Below, in pieces: positions 48,122 to 57,687 of a DNA stretch of 64,000 nucleotides (its first letter is position 1; the number at the start of each line of letters is the position of its first letter). The position numbers and the translations under genes are program-made. This stretch comes from a virus: IMG/VR virus record IMGVR_UViG_3300037475_000032, positions 64,001 to 128,000 of that record; one strand, 5' to 3'. The notes below the pieces were generated by a model. The model worked only from the letters and a program-made list of their open reading frames with translations, did not search any database and had not been told where the DNA came from.

Positions 48122-49231
48122 ATGCCTGTCGCAAATATCCTCGATCCGATCCACGATACCCTAGACGCCCGTGTGTGGGATGATCCGGGCGCAGACAAGC
48201 CCGTATTGAAGCCCAAGCACCTCCACTGGATCAAGAAGACGATCTACGATGCGCTTGAAAAGGCGGGCTACACGGATGTCGAGAAGTGGCTGCATCTCGT
48301 ACTGACCGGTTCGCTTACAACGTACCAGTATTCGGACGAGTCCGACTGTGACGTTTCACTCTTTGTGGACACGAAGGTCTTCCCCGAGTGGTCGAGGGCA
48401 GAGATGATCGGCGTCATGGTAGGAGAGGTCGATGGGACCACGCTACCGGGCACACCTCACCCGATGCAGAACTTCGTTGTGCCCTCACACATCAAGCCCC
48501 ATGACCTTTACAAGAAGGGCTTGCGCTCAGGCTACGACCTAGATACCCAGACGTGGGTCGAGCCGCCTGAGCATGATCGTGTCCATGACGTAGAGGCTGA
48601 GGAGAACGGCTTCTATGCCTACGCACTCCAGATGGCTGACAAGATGGAGCGCCTGTTGAAGTACGAGCCCGAGAAGGCAGCCGAGTTCTGGCACGCGATC
48701 CACAATCGCCGCAGGCGCGACATGGCATCAGGCAAGGGTGACTTCGCTGAGTCGAACATCGTCTACAAGTTTCTTGCCAATCGAGGTCTATTCCCGGCCA
48801 TCTCGGAGGCCACAGGCGAGTACATCGCACATAAGCTAGGAGCTAATAGTGACCCTTCTATTAGCCCTGAGCTAATGCAGACACATGTCCTCTACAACCC
48901 GTTCAATCCCGAGAAGTTTCATCCTCCCGCTCCAGGGCACGAAAAGTCCATGCCGTGGGTCTATGACCCTGATACCAAGACCGTTCACCTTGGTCCTCCG
49001 CGAGCATACCACTGGGAGTTGATCGAAAGAACACCGGAGCTACGAGGGCAGTATGAAGGAGCATGGACGAAGCCCGCTATGGGACAGGCGGGGAATATCC
49101 ATGGGGCGATGTCGTGGCCCGGCCGTAACACTGACTTCATGGGTGAGCAGGTTGACCCCGAGACCAAGAGATCTATCAATCAAGCACTAGGCGCACCCGA
49201 AGAAGATGAGCACGAGTGGAACTTCGCGTAA
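48122..49231 (+). CDS. Pol-beta superfamily nucleotidyltransferase
   Basis: LTGSLTTYQYSDESDCDV; SNIVYKFL. Confidence 0.8.
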   Translation: MPVANILDPIHDTLDARVWDDPGADKPVLKPKHLHWIKKTIYDALEKAGYTDVEKWLHLVLTGSLTTYQYSDESDCDVSLFVDTKVFPEWSRAEMIGVMVGEVDGTTLPGTPHPMQNFVVPSHIKPHDLYKKGLRSGYDLDTQTWVEPPEHDRVHDVEAEENGFYAYALQMADKMERLLKYEPEKAAEFWHAIHNRRRRDMASGKGDFAESNIVYKFLANRGLFPAISEATGEYIAHKLGANSDPSISPELMQTHVLYNPFNPEKFHPPAPGHEKSMPWVYDPDTKTVHLGPPRAYHWELIERTPELRGQYEGAWTKPAMGQAGNIHGAMSWPGRNTDFMGEQVDPETKRSINQALGAPEEDEHEWNFA

Positions 49232-49670
49232 GCGTAAGGGCGTTCTCTTTATAGAACTGCCTGAGGCTCCCGATGCTCCGCCCGGTACTTGCCGTTGGTG
49301 CGGAGCTACGCTTGTGGGGAAGCGAGCCGTCAGTCGTCGCTACTGCTACCCAGATCGTGAGGGGCGCAATTGCGTCAAAGAGTTCCGTGACTCGATGACG
49401 TGGAATCCCCGCCAAGCTCTACGCATCAAGGCGTTTAAACAGGGAGAGCGTGTCCTACGCTGCATCGACTGTGGATTCGTTGTGGAGGAACTGCACAGAG
49501 GCTCTAGGGCTCGCGTCATTGTCATGCCATGGGAAGCCGATCACGAGATTCCGCTGTGGGATGGAGGCGAACACACGGTAGCTAATCTGCGCGTGCGTTG
49601 TGTCCCCGACCATCGTGCAAAGACCAACCGTGAGAACGCCATCCGTCGTGCTAAGATGGCTGGCACATGA
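49206..49670 (+). CDS. HNH endonuclease
   Basis: CRWCG..WEADHEIPLWDGGEHTVANLRVRC..H. Confidence 0.85.
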   Translation: MSTSGTSRKRKGVLFIELPEAPDAPPGTCRWCGATLVGKRAVSRRYCYPDREGRNCVKEFRDSMTWNPRQALRIKAFKQGERVLRCIDCGFVVEELHRGSRARVIVMPWEADHEIPLWDGGEHTVANLRVRCVPDHRAKTNRENAIRRAKMAGT

Positions 49671-50122
49671 ACTACTACGCCGCCCGTCAGAGACTCGATA
49701 ACCAGCGCTACGACTACACGCGCATGAACGATGGAGTAGCCCATCCCGAAGGCTACTGTCGAGAGAAGGTCATCTGCCCTGAGCAGATAGGCGATACCTT
49801 CCTCATCGCCAATCCATGCTCTGAGGAATGTCCCACCTGCCACGGCAAGCAGCGTATCCCTAACCCCGACTACTGTGGTAGCCATGACACGGCCGAGCAG
49901 GCGGAAATCTGCTTCGCCGCGTATATCCTTGACCAGGGCACTAAGCCTGTCGCTTATGGTGACTGGACAGGATGTGAGATCTGCGACGCACCTACCAAGG
50001 ACGGCATCATGGCCGTTCATCCATTGGGCCAGATGATGGCTCTATGCGATACCCACCGCACTGGCGCTGTCTTCGCGGCTCATTCGCCCGAGAAGGTCGG
50101 AGAGATCGCAGCGAGTTGGTAA
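49667..50122 (+). CDS. Cys-rich hypothetical protein
   Basis: Coupled ORF. Confidence 0.65.
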   Translation: MNYYAARQRLDNQRYDYTRMNDGVAHPEGYCREKVICPEQIGDTFLIANPCSEECPTCHGKQRIPNPDYCGSHDTAEQAEICFAAYILDQGTKPVAYGDWTGCEICDAPTKDGIMAVHPLGQMMALCDTHRTGAVFAAHSPEKVGEIAASW

Positions 50123-50679
50123 TGAGCGACCTTCCAACAGAGACAACTCTGCTTCACGGCGGGGAGGACACATACGAGCAGCGTGGAGGTGAGAGCTTCC
50201 GTCGCTGCTCTTACTGTGGTGGTGTGCATCCCCTTGACCTACTCAAGGCACGCGACGAAGGCAAGATCGGTAAAGTGGATCGTTCCGTAGATTGGAAGTA
50301 CGGATGGCCGCACAAGATCTACGTGGACGTGGATGGCTCATATGCCAAGTTCTACAATATCCATACGCTTGAGCCTAATCTGAGTGACGAGGAGCGCAAG
50401 AAGCTATTCGAATTCGTTGGCTACTCCTTCTCCATGGAGGGCACAAAGATCAAGTGGAAGCGCTGGGTCTACGATACCCCACCGGCACAGCCCACGAAGG
50501 TCTTCCCACCTCTTGCTCAAGCCTTCCTCAACGTACCCGTGACGTTCAACTTCGATCACAACCCACGCGGGGAAGTCATCGACGCTCGTGAAGAAGATGG
50601 TGGAATCCATGTCACCATGAGGATGGATGATGGCACGATCTTCAATGCCTCTGTCGGCAACCTAATCTACGAGGATTGA
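50122..50679 (+). CDS. hypothetical protein
   Basis: CSYCGGVHP..DWKYGWPHK. Confidence 0.7.
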   Translation: MSDLPTETTLLHGGEDTYEQRGGESFRRCSYCGGVHPLDLLKARDEGKIGKVDRSVDWKYGWPHKIYVDVDGSYAKFYNIHTLEPNLSDEERKKLFEFVGYSFSMEGTKIKWKRWVYDTPPAQPTKVFPPLAQAFLNVPVTFNFDHNPRGEVIDAREEDGGIHVTMRMDDGTIFNASVGNLIYED

Positions 50680-51197
50680 TGTTCAAGTACGCAGGTGTAG
50701 GCTCGCGGTCAACACCTCCCGAGATCCTGAAAGCGATGGATCTCTTTGCTAATGCCATCGCTAGAGACTCGCTCCTTCGCACGGGCGCAGCCGAGGGAGC
50801 AGATCAAGCCTTCGAGTTCGGAGCCGTACTTGGTGGTGGCCGAGTCGAGATTTACCTGCCTTGGAAGGGCTTCAACGGTCGTCAGGATGGCGAGATCGTG
50901 GAGCCCGGTAAGGATGCGCTCGAACTGGCTGAGTACTATCATCCGAACTGGAAGGCGCTCAAGCAGGGCGCACGCAAGCTCATGGCCCGCAACGGCTATC
51001 AGGTGCTCGGACCCAACCTCTATGATCCGGTCGAGATGGTCGTGTGCTGGACGCCGGATGGCTCTTTGGATGGCAAAGGCTCCAAGGTCGGAGGCACGGG
51101 GCAGGCGCTACGCATCGCTGACGACTACGAGATCCCAGTCCTCAATCTCCAGCGCCCCGATCACCTGGCTGAGATCGAATCCTTCTTCGAGTCTTGA
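50679..51197 (+). CDS. SLOG/DprA-like nucleotide-binding protein
   Basis: YAGVGSR, GAAEGAD, ARN, GGTGQA, IPVLNL. Confidence 0.8.
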   Translation: MFKYAGVGSRSTPPEILKAMDLFANAIARDSLLRTGAAEGADQAFEFGAVLGGGRVEIYLPWKGFNGRQDGEIVEPGKDALELAEYYHPNWKALKQGARKLMARNGYQVLGPNLYDPVEMVVCWTPDGSLDGKGSKVGGTGQALRIADDYEIPVLNLQRPDHLAEIESFFES

Positions 51198-51222
51198 CAT
51201 ACGCTACGGCATAGGCTAGACT
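51194..51222 (+). promoter_or_regulatory. early promoter
   Basis: TTGACA-N17-TAGACT with ATAGGC just upstream of the -10. Confidence 0.75.
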
Positions 51223-51230
51223 TCCTTCCC

Positions 51231-51683
51231 ATGAACAGAGTCACGATCACCTCCCTTCACGTCGATGCACGCGGAGCTATCCCCTTCATCAAGGCCCTGC
51301 GGGAAACCGCCGACATCCCCTTGAAGACTGCCAAGGATGCCTACGACGGACTCAAGGAGGGTACGCCCTTCACGTTCGACTCGCCGCTCAATCAGGTGCT
51401 CATCACTCGCCAACTGCGGCACTACTGCGATATCTCCTTTGGCGGCGCACGGCGGATAGACCAAGCCATCGCTGCTCTCCACGCCCTCAATCACACAGCG
51501 GTCGAAACCGACATGGACTCCGATCCAGAGGGCTTCCGCATTGCTCGTGAGCTTCAACTGATCGAGGGCGTCAATCCTGTCCCGACGAGAGTGGGCGATG
51601 CAGTGCTCATGTTCTTGGGGATGGCCTTCGACAACTTCAATCCCACAAGAAACGGAGCGCAAGATGGACGCGACGCAGCTTGA
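51231..51683 (+). CDS. protein with L7/L12 CTD-like motif
   Basis: IPFIKALRETADIPLKTAKDAYD. Confidence 0.55.
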   Translation: MNRVTITSLHVDARGAIPFIKALRETADIPLKTAKDAYDGLKEGTPFTFDSPLNQVLITRQLRHYCDISFGGARRIDQAIAALHALNHTAVETDMDSDPEGFRIARELQLIEGVNPVPTRVGDAVLMFLGMAFDNFNPTRNGAQDGRDAA

Positions 51684-52389
51684 GGACTACCAGGTACGCG
51701 ACGTGGAGAAGCTGATTGGTCTCTTCACGGCCAAGGACCCTCGCAGCCTGGAGCAGATCATCGCCGACGACACCGAATACGAAGACCACAAGATCGAGAA
51801 GGTGTCGCCCTCCGGGGAGAACGCCTTCGAGCTTGGTTTCGATGGCTCGTGGGTGAGCTTCTTCACCTTCCCCGATGGCGAGTGCCCCCCCGCAGTCGGG
51901 GATGCGCTCAGGATCTACGGCTCGTTCGGGCATAGGCGTCACGGCTTTGCCATCAACGGCAAGGTCATTCACTACGAGACCCCATGGGAGCAGTTCGCTG
52001 AGCGAATCACGATGCTGGCGGGCTTCGACCGTAAGCACCGTGAGCACCTTGAAGCGGAGCGCACGGACATGGCGGTCTGGTACGACCTTCTCGAAGGTCC
52101 CTTCAAGGCTCGCATCGACCGTATGCGTGAGTCGAAGCCTGACTTCGACGTTGACGGCGGGAGCTATGAGATGTACCCGGTCCTCATGGCTCAGCGCATC
52201 GCCGCATGGGTCAAGGAGCAGCCGGAGGGCTTGCCCCTGGAGATCATCAAGGGCTTCCGTGACCTGCCCTACGAGGAGCAGGCCAAGGTCATTCACGCTG
52301 GCGAGGAGGACAAGTACGGGATCAGCGGCCACCAGTTCGACTTCGCTTGCGCAATAGCTCGCGCACATTGCGAAGGCGAGGACATCTAG
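51664..52389 (+). CDS. hypothetical protein
   Basis: 241-aa ORF. Confidence 0.7.
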   Translation: MDATQLEDYQVRDVEKLIGLFTAKDPRSLEQIIADDTEYEDHKIEKVSPSGENAFELGFDGSWVSFFTFPDGECPPAVGDALRIYGSFGHRRHGFAINGKVIHYETPWEQFAERITMLAGFDRKHREHLEAERTDMAVWYDLLEGPFKARIDRMRESKPDFDVDGGSYEMYPVLMAQRIAAWVKEQPEGLPLEIIKGFRDLPYEEQAKVIHAGEEDKYGISGHQFDFACAIARAHCEGEDI

Positions 52390-52421
52390 TCAACCATAAA
52401 ATCTGTTACGATAGGAGCATC

Positions 52422-52766
52422 ATGCCGAAGTTGATGACCACAGACGAGCAGGGCAACGAGTACGAGATCGGCACTGTCGAGCGGGTGCATCTCGGCTACG
52501 AGGACCACGGGCTCTTTGCCTTCGGGGTTAACTTCAAGTTCGAGGGCTCAGGACAGGGCACCGGCTTGTACGGTCTGCCCGAGGACGCTCCGTCGTCCAT
52601 CCGTCTCATCAAGCGCGTGACGGATGTCATTGGTCCGATCACGGAGGCGAAAGGCAAGAAGGTGTTCGCTATTCGCGCAGCAGGAGACCGCTTCGGCAAG
52701 ATCATCGGCATTGCCCCGCTGGAGGGCGAGCCCGTCTTCTTCGAGGACATCTTCAAGGACGCCTGA
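52422..52766 (+). CDS. hypothetical protein
   Basis: LGYEDHG motif. Confidence 0.7.
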   Translation: MPKLMTTDEQGNEYEIGTVERVHLGYEDHGLFAFGVNFKFEGSGQGTGLYGLPEDAPSSIRLIKRVTDVIGPITEAKGKKVFAIRAAGDRFGKIIGIAPLEGEPVFFEDIFKDA

Positions 52767-53028
52767 TGCTCTGGCTGGAAAACTTCTTCCTGGCACTCGT
52801 CGGCAAGCAGAGGATCGAGTGCCCGCGATGTCATGGTAAGGGCACCAATGGTCGTGGTGATTGGTGCTGGCCGTGCAAGGGAAGCGGAACGCAGGTAATC
52901 CCTAGAAAGGACCCCTCACTTCGATGACTTCACTACGCCAACAAGCGCGAGAAGATGCCCGTCGCAGCCGTATCTCCCAGGAGAGAAGGCGTAGGCGGGC
53001 CTATAAACCCACAACAAGGAGAACCGCA

Positions 53029-53247
53029 ATGCCATTCAAGATCGCTGGCATGGTTGGTGGAGGGGTCGTTGGAGTCCTCTTCTTCATCGCCATCGTCTGG
53101 TTCATCAGTGCCCTCTTCTGGGGGGGCGTCACGTTCCTCATCTGGAACGATGCAGGTCTGTATCACGTATTCCACGGCGCAGGTACGCTCAACTACTTCT
53201 GGCAGTCCGTAGGGATTGGAGCAGGTCTCAGTCTCGTGCTGGGCTAG
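53029..53247 (+). CDS. small membrane protein
   Basis: AAGGAG RBS; hydrophobic. Confidence 0.65.
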   Translation: MPFKIAGMVGGGVVGVLFFIAIVWFISALFWGGVTFLIWNDAGLYHVFHGAGTLNYFWQSVGIGAGLSLVLG

Positions 53248-53251
53248 CTTC

Positions 53252-53449
53252 GTGAATGGTCGGAACAAGGGTCTACGAAAGATCATCAAGGAACTGGAAG
53301 CCCAAGGGTGGAGAGTAGAGAAGGGTCCGCACTGGAAGCTATTCTCCCCTAACGGCAAGTCAATCGTGGTGGTCTCTTCGTCCCCAAAGAGCACTGAGAC
53401 GCACAAGGTTCGAGCGGATTGCGTGAGAGCCGGAGCAGTCTTCAACTGA
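53252..53449 (+). CDS. HicA-like mRNA interferase fold protein
   Basis: RKIIKELEAQGWRVEKGPHWKLFSPNG. Confidence 0.65.
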   Translation: MNGRNKGLRKIIKELEAQGWRVEKGPHWKLFSPNGKSIVVVSSSPKSTETHKVRADCVRAGAVFN

Positions 53450-53451
53450 GC

Positions 53452-53477
53452 CAACGGCACCTTTCGGGGTGCCGTTG
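53452..53477 (+). terminator. hairpin/terminator
   Basis: CAACGGCACC TTTCGG GGTGCCGTTG. Confidence 0.6.
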
Positions 53478-53493
53478 CTACGAGGTAATAGAT

Positions 53494-54699
53494 GTGAAGA
53501 TCGTTGCTACACAAGACCACGAGTCATGGTTCGTGGATTACGTGCGAGAGGCACTTGCGGAGGCTCCAGCAGAGTTGCCGCCCAAGGAGCAGACCTTTGG
53601 TCACGTCACGGCACGCTGGCATGTCTGCGAGCCTGGAATCGCTCACATCGCCGTCGAGGGCGGCACGGTCGATGATCGTCTCCTAGTAGAGACAGTTGTC
53701 CGCAGTCAACTTGAGGGTCATGGGTTTAAACAGGCAGCCTACACGCTCTCGTGGGACCTGGGAGACAAGAAGCTCGTGAAGGAAGCCACCTGGGACGACA
53801 TCATGGCGAAGGCCAAGCGTCTCATCCAGTCGGGCGATGTCCAGATCTTGCGCAACGGCTACAACATCATCGTGGGTCAGGTGCAGGGTGACCACGGCAC
53901 TTACCAGACCGAGATCAGCCGTGACGATCCTAACTCGCAGGCGATCACGCTCTGGCAGTGTGAATGTCCGTGGGATCAGTTCGCGTGGCAGCGTACAAGG
54001 CAGTGGAAGAAGTATGAGGGACGTGTGTGCTCGCACGTTCTCGCTACCTACTGGCAGGCTCAGACCATGCCGTTGGACGAAGACAGCGAACCAGGCCAGA
54101 GCCCCGAAGCACCGCAAGGCCCACCAGGCACGGTGGCTCCAGGCGCATCCGTTCCACCAGAAGGCTCAGAAGCCTTCAACCCCAACATGAAGGCGGATCA
54201 GGCTGCACCTGGCAGCATGGCCCCCACGCCTCCACCAGGACAGGCACCAGAACCACCGGATCTACTCCCGCCCTACCAGATGAATCCGGCCACTCAGCCT
54301 GCCACCAATCCCGTCTCTGTGCCGGGCCAGAAGCCTCAGACACCGCTCAACCCTGTCCAGTATCCTGGCGGCACGTTCTCGTCCATTCACACCTCTGAGC
54401 AAGAGTTTGTCAACGGCATGATGGTGTCGAACAAGCAGGAAGACGTAGGGACACTCGTCGGGCGCTCACCAGAACATGGCGCAGGCAACCAGGCCAGCAT
54501 CCCGCAGAACAGCGTGGGTGAGGTACTTGGAGTCGATCCAACTACCGGAATGGTGAATGTCTACTTCGCAGGCCCGCAGGCAGAAGCGGGCAAGATGGAA
54601 CCGCATGGCATCGTCGGCTGGTTCTTCCCACAGGAACTAGCCGTGCGTGGGGATGTGAGGGCACCAGGCCCAGCCATCCAGCGCCGTCGTGCGCTATAG
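53494..54699 (+). CDS. SWIM-finger multi-module protein
   Basis: CECPW..CSH; Pro-rich linker; KQA/KEA motifs. Confidence 0.7.
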   Translation: MKIVATQDHESWFVDYVREALAEAPAELPPKEQTFGHVTARWHVCEPGIAHIAVEGGTVDDRLLVETVVRSQLEGHGFKQAAYTLSWDLGDKKLVKEATWDDIMAKAKRLIQSGDVQILRNGYNIIVGQVQGDHGTYQTEISRDDPNSQAITLWQCECPWDQFAWQRTRQWKKYEGRVCSHVLATYWQAQTMPLDEDSEPGQSPEAPQGPPGTVAPGASVPPEGSEAFNPNMKADQAAPGSMAPTPPPGQAPEPPDLLPPYQMNPATQPATNPVSVPGQKPQTPLNPVQYPGGTFSSIHTSEQEFVNGMMVSNKQEDVGTLVGRSPEHGAGNQASIPQNSVGEVLGVDPTTGMVNVYFAGPQAEAGKMEPHGIVGWFFPQELAVRGDVRAPGPAIQRRRAL

Positions 54700-54706
54700 T
54701 GACAGG

Positions 54707-54985
54707 ATGCCTTACAAGACTCCGCTCTTGAGTAACCGCTGCGAGGTCAATGGCAAAGAGCTTCCTCCCGGTATCGGTGTAGATGTTGACCAGATGATGG
54801 AGAGGCTAGAGATCCCCATTGGCCCTGTTACGAGCATCCGAGGACCCGAGATCATCTACACCGCCTACTACCGTTATCAGGACTGTGACGGCGGCTGGCA
54901 CAAATCGAATAGACGTGTTCGCCCTGGCTCAACCGTCAAACTCTACAGCTATGATGGCGAGAAGGAGTACGTTGTTCAGGTCTAG
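54707..54985 (+). CDS. hypothetical protein
   Basis: TATAGT-N6-ATG. Confidence 0.55.
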   Translation: MPYKTPLLSNRCEVNGKELPPGIGVDVDQMMERLEIPIGPVTSIRGPEIIYTAYYRYQDCDGGWHKSNRRVRPGSTVKLYSYDGEKEYVVQV

Positions 54986-55001
54986 CGAACCGTAATAGGC
55001 G

Positions 55002-55451
55002 ATGGCCTTTACGAATATCGAAGTCACCGGCACCTTCAAGGGTCCGAGCAATGAAGCTCTTACGGGCCGAGTGACAGCCACGCTCTCGACGCCTATCCAG
55101 AACGGCACCACGAGCGTCACGCCTACCAAGATCGTAGGCAACGTCACCAATGGCACGCTGAGCATGAAACTGGCTGCCAACAACGATCCTGCGACGCTAC
55201 CCACAGGATCGTTCTACACGTTCCGTGTCGAACTGCAACGAACCGAAGCACGCGAATTCAAGGCCGTCGTAGAATACAACGTGGCCGAAGGCAAGGTGGA
55301 CATCTCGAAGCTGTATGAAAGCAGCGGCTTCATCGGGAAGAAAGTCCGCCCGCAGATCTCCGTCTCACCCACGCTCCAGGAACTATCCGAAGTGCTCGTT
55401 GATCTCGGCTTGGTCGAACAAGTGCAGAAGCCCTTCGCCCGAGACCTGTAG
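55002..55451 (+). CDS. putative structural (beta-rich) protein
   Basis: Thr-rich; late-type upstream motif. Confidence 0.6.
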   Translation: MAFTNIEVTGTFKGPSNEALTGRVTATLSTPIQNGTTSVTPTKIVGNVTNGTLSMKLAANNDPATLPTGSFYTFRVELQRTEAREFKAVVEYNVAEGKVDISKLYESSGFIGKKVRPQISVSPTLQELSEVLVDLGLVEQVQKPFARDL

Positions 55452-55532
55452 CCATGTGGAGGGAGTTGAAGTACTGGCTCCAATGGGGAACCCATAGTGG
55501 ACACAGACGCCGCCGATTGCTAGGATGCTGGC

Positions 55533-55847
55533 ATGAGCTACGAGGGCGTCATTGATGCGTCTCCCTACGACATAGGCTGGGAGGACATCCGCAGGGACTT
55601 CATGATCCGAGGCTATATCAGCTTCGGGATCACGGACTACCGCTCAGTCATCATGCCAACGATGACGAACGATGTCTACATTCGTCACGCTCAGCGAGCC
55701 GAGGAACTGCTACGCATCTTCCATCGCCGCCCCTCGTGGCGTACGTTCATCCGTCTGCTTCGAGAGGCGTTCCTATCTGGGTTTGAGGATAGTCGCGGCA
55801 GTCGGGACAGATACACCCACGGGCGAGCCGTTGGATCTGCCGGTTGA
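55533..55847 (+). CDS. hypothetical protein
   Basis: TAGGAT-N6-ATG. Confidence 0.5.
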   Translation: MSYEGVIDASPYDIGWEDIRRDFMIRGYISFGITDYRSVIMPTMTNDVYIRHAQRAEELLRIFHRRPSWRTFIRLLREAFLSGFEDSRGSRDRYTHGRAVGSAG

Positions 55848-55877
55848 GTCGCCAGCGCTTGAAGATCGTGATGGGAT

Positions 55878-56135
55878 TCATGGGCGAAGCACGGCTCCTG
55901 AGAGATTGGCACCACGCAGGTCAGCCCCTCGTAGGTTGGCCTTCGCCAGTTCGTGGAAGGCACGCTGCCAGCGCTCATCGAGCGGAGGCGGCACATAGCT
56001 TGCGTTTTCCTTACGCACCCGACGATTGTGCGGGTACTGGCGAATCCGTCGTATGGGCTCGTAGATGACTAGGGCCATGCCTACGTCGTAGCCGATGATG
56101 GCTCCTATGAGGGTCCAAGTAATGTTCATGCTCAT
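55878..56135 (-). CDS. small TM protein with 3-4 pentapeptide repeats
   Basis: ANLRGADLRGANLSGA; has its own divergent promoter. Confidence 0.55.
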   Translation of the reverse strand: MSMNITWTLIGAIIGYDVGMALVIYEPIRRIRQYPHNRRVRKENASYVPPPLDERWQRAFHELAKANLRGADLRGANLSGAVLRP

Positions 56136-56141
56136 AGCATA

Positions 56142-56206
56142 GCCTATGTTGCGACCTAAGTCAAGCAAAGAAAAGTCTTGACATAGGCTACATGAGGGTA
56201 TATACT
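56142..56206. promoter_or_regulatory. divergent early promoters
   Basis: + TTGACA(56178)-N17-TATACT; minus strand TTGACT..ATAGGCTATGCT. Confidence 0.75.
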
Positions 56207-56213
56207 TCATCCC

Positions 56214-56444
56214 ATGACACGCAAAGACTACAACGCACTGGCCGAGATGGTCCGTACAACACGGACGCACTACCAGGGCGCAAAGCCGAAGGCCAAGGTC
56301 AGCAAGGACATCAAGGAGCTTGTGAAGGGTGCTTGCACCGATGCCGTTGACCACATGGCTCGTGAGATCGCCAACATCTGCGAAGCCGACAACCCGCACT
56401 TCGACCGTGACCGCTTCATGATCGCCTGTGGGGTGCCGCGATGA
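56214..56444 (+). CDS. hypothetical protein (TRKDY..FDRDRF family)
   Basis: Leaderless after promoter. Confidence 0.75.
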   Translation: MTRKDYNALAEMVRTTRTHYQGAKPKAKVSKDIKELVKGACTDAVDHMAREIANICEADNPHFDRDRFMIACGVPR

Positions 56445-56806
56445 ACCAGCGCTATCTCATCTGGCCCGTCGAGGATGGCTACGTGGTGCGCGACACCGTA
56501 CGTGACCATGAAGTCGTCTCGGAGTCGCTGCCCCGCCGAGAAGCACAGGCGGAGGCTCGTCGCATGAACAACGAGACCGATCCCGAGGTCACTATTCCTC
56601 GTGTGCGTGGAGCGAAGTGGCTCCGCGAGGCCAAGTACATCGACAACGCCCTCAAGCGCGAGGTCGTGCGAGTCATCGAACTGTGCAAAGAGGAGTTCCC
56701 GGATGAGCCAATCATGATCCGGCCAGCCTCATACATCGGCCCTGACGACGACAGCCGTGTGGTAGTCTGCTACGGGCTCGGTCAGCGAATCTTTAGGAGC
56801 GTGTGA
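56441..56806 (+). CDS. hypothetical protein
   Basis: Coupled ORF. Confidence 0.65.
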   Translation: MNQRYLIWPVEDGYVVRDTVRDHEVVSESLPRREAQAEARRMNNETDPEVTIPRVRGAKWLREAKYIDNALKREVVRVIELCKEEFPDEPIMIRPASYIGPDDDSRVVVCYGLGQRIFRSV

Positions 56807-56988
56807 TGAAGCTCGTGCTGACTCGAAAGAAGGAGATCGATGTCGTGGAAGACGCGCTAGTCCACTTTCTTGGCGGCGCGACTAACCGAGAGCTAAGCGA
56901 ATGGCTCGGATGGAAAGCGGCAGAGATCAATGCGGCCAATGAGGTCGTCAGCAAGATCAACTCTCAACGTCTACAGGAGACATCATGA
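56803..56988 (+). CDS. hypothetical protein
   Basis: Coupled ORF. Confidence 0.6.
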   Translation: MMKLVLTRKKEIDVVEDALVHFLGGATNRELSEWLGWKAAEINAANEVVSKINSQRLQETS

Positions 56989-57509
56989 TTTACACAGACC
57001 AACAGATCGATGTCCTTCTGGAGAAGGCCAACGAAATAGGCTTCAACACGGCACTCGGCATCGTGCGCTCGTTCGATGAGGACGTGCAGGAGAAGTACAA
57101 GGACGCATTGCGTCAGGCGATGCGCGAAATCCTGGAGCTTCTTCCCGATGCTGAGCCGCAAGCTGAGGAGAGCGTCGTCTATGGCGTGCTCTGCCAGCCG
57201 TGGTGGGAAAGCGAGCGAGGCTGGGGTCAGCGCCCCGATGGTTTCACACTCCATGCTTCCTTCGAGGACCACAAGCGCTTCACGGAAGACCACTGGAAGA
57301 AGCAGAAGGCGTACTTCGCCGAGCGTGGTCTGCCCGAGGGTCATGTCCCTGACGCCTACACCTTCGCCAGCGGCGACCCATTCGTGGTCGAAGTGGACGA
57401 GGAGACCTACAGGGCCGTCACCGATCCCGCTGTTGCGGGCATCTGGGGACAGGGCAACAAAGCGCCTGAGAAGGCGAACCGTCGAGACCTGGAACTGGGG
57501 CCGAACTAG
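56985..57509 (+). CDS. hypothetical phage protein
   Basis: WWESERGWGQRPDG. Confidence 0.75.
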   Translation: MIYTDQQIDVLLEKANEIGFNTALGIVRSFDEDVQEKYKDALRQAMREILELLPDAEPQAEESVVYGVLCQPWWESERGWGQRPDGFTLHASFEDHKRFTEDHWKKQKAYFAERGLPEGHVPDAYTFASGDPFVVEVDEETYRAVTDPAVAGIWGQGNKAPEKANRRDLELGPN

Positions 57510-57687
57510 CCGTGACACGACAGCAGGACATCGAGAAGCACATGCAGGAATCTGGCGAAGCGAGCGAAGACCAGGAATGGCAGGAGTACTACCACAGGGT
57601 TCGCTCCCGCAAGTGTACCTGCGATTTGCTGGAGCCGTACGGTCACGTCACTTGTCCAAGCTGCAATGAGTCGATTGGAGACTTCCT

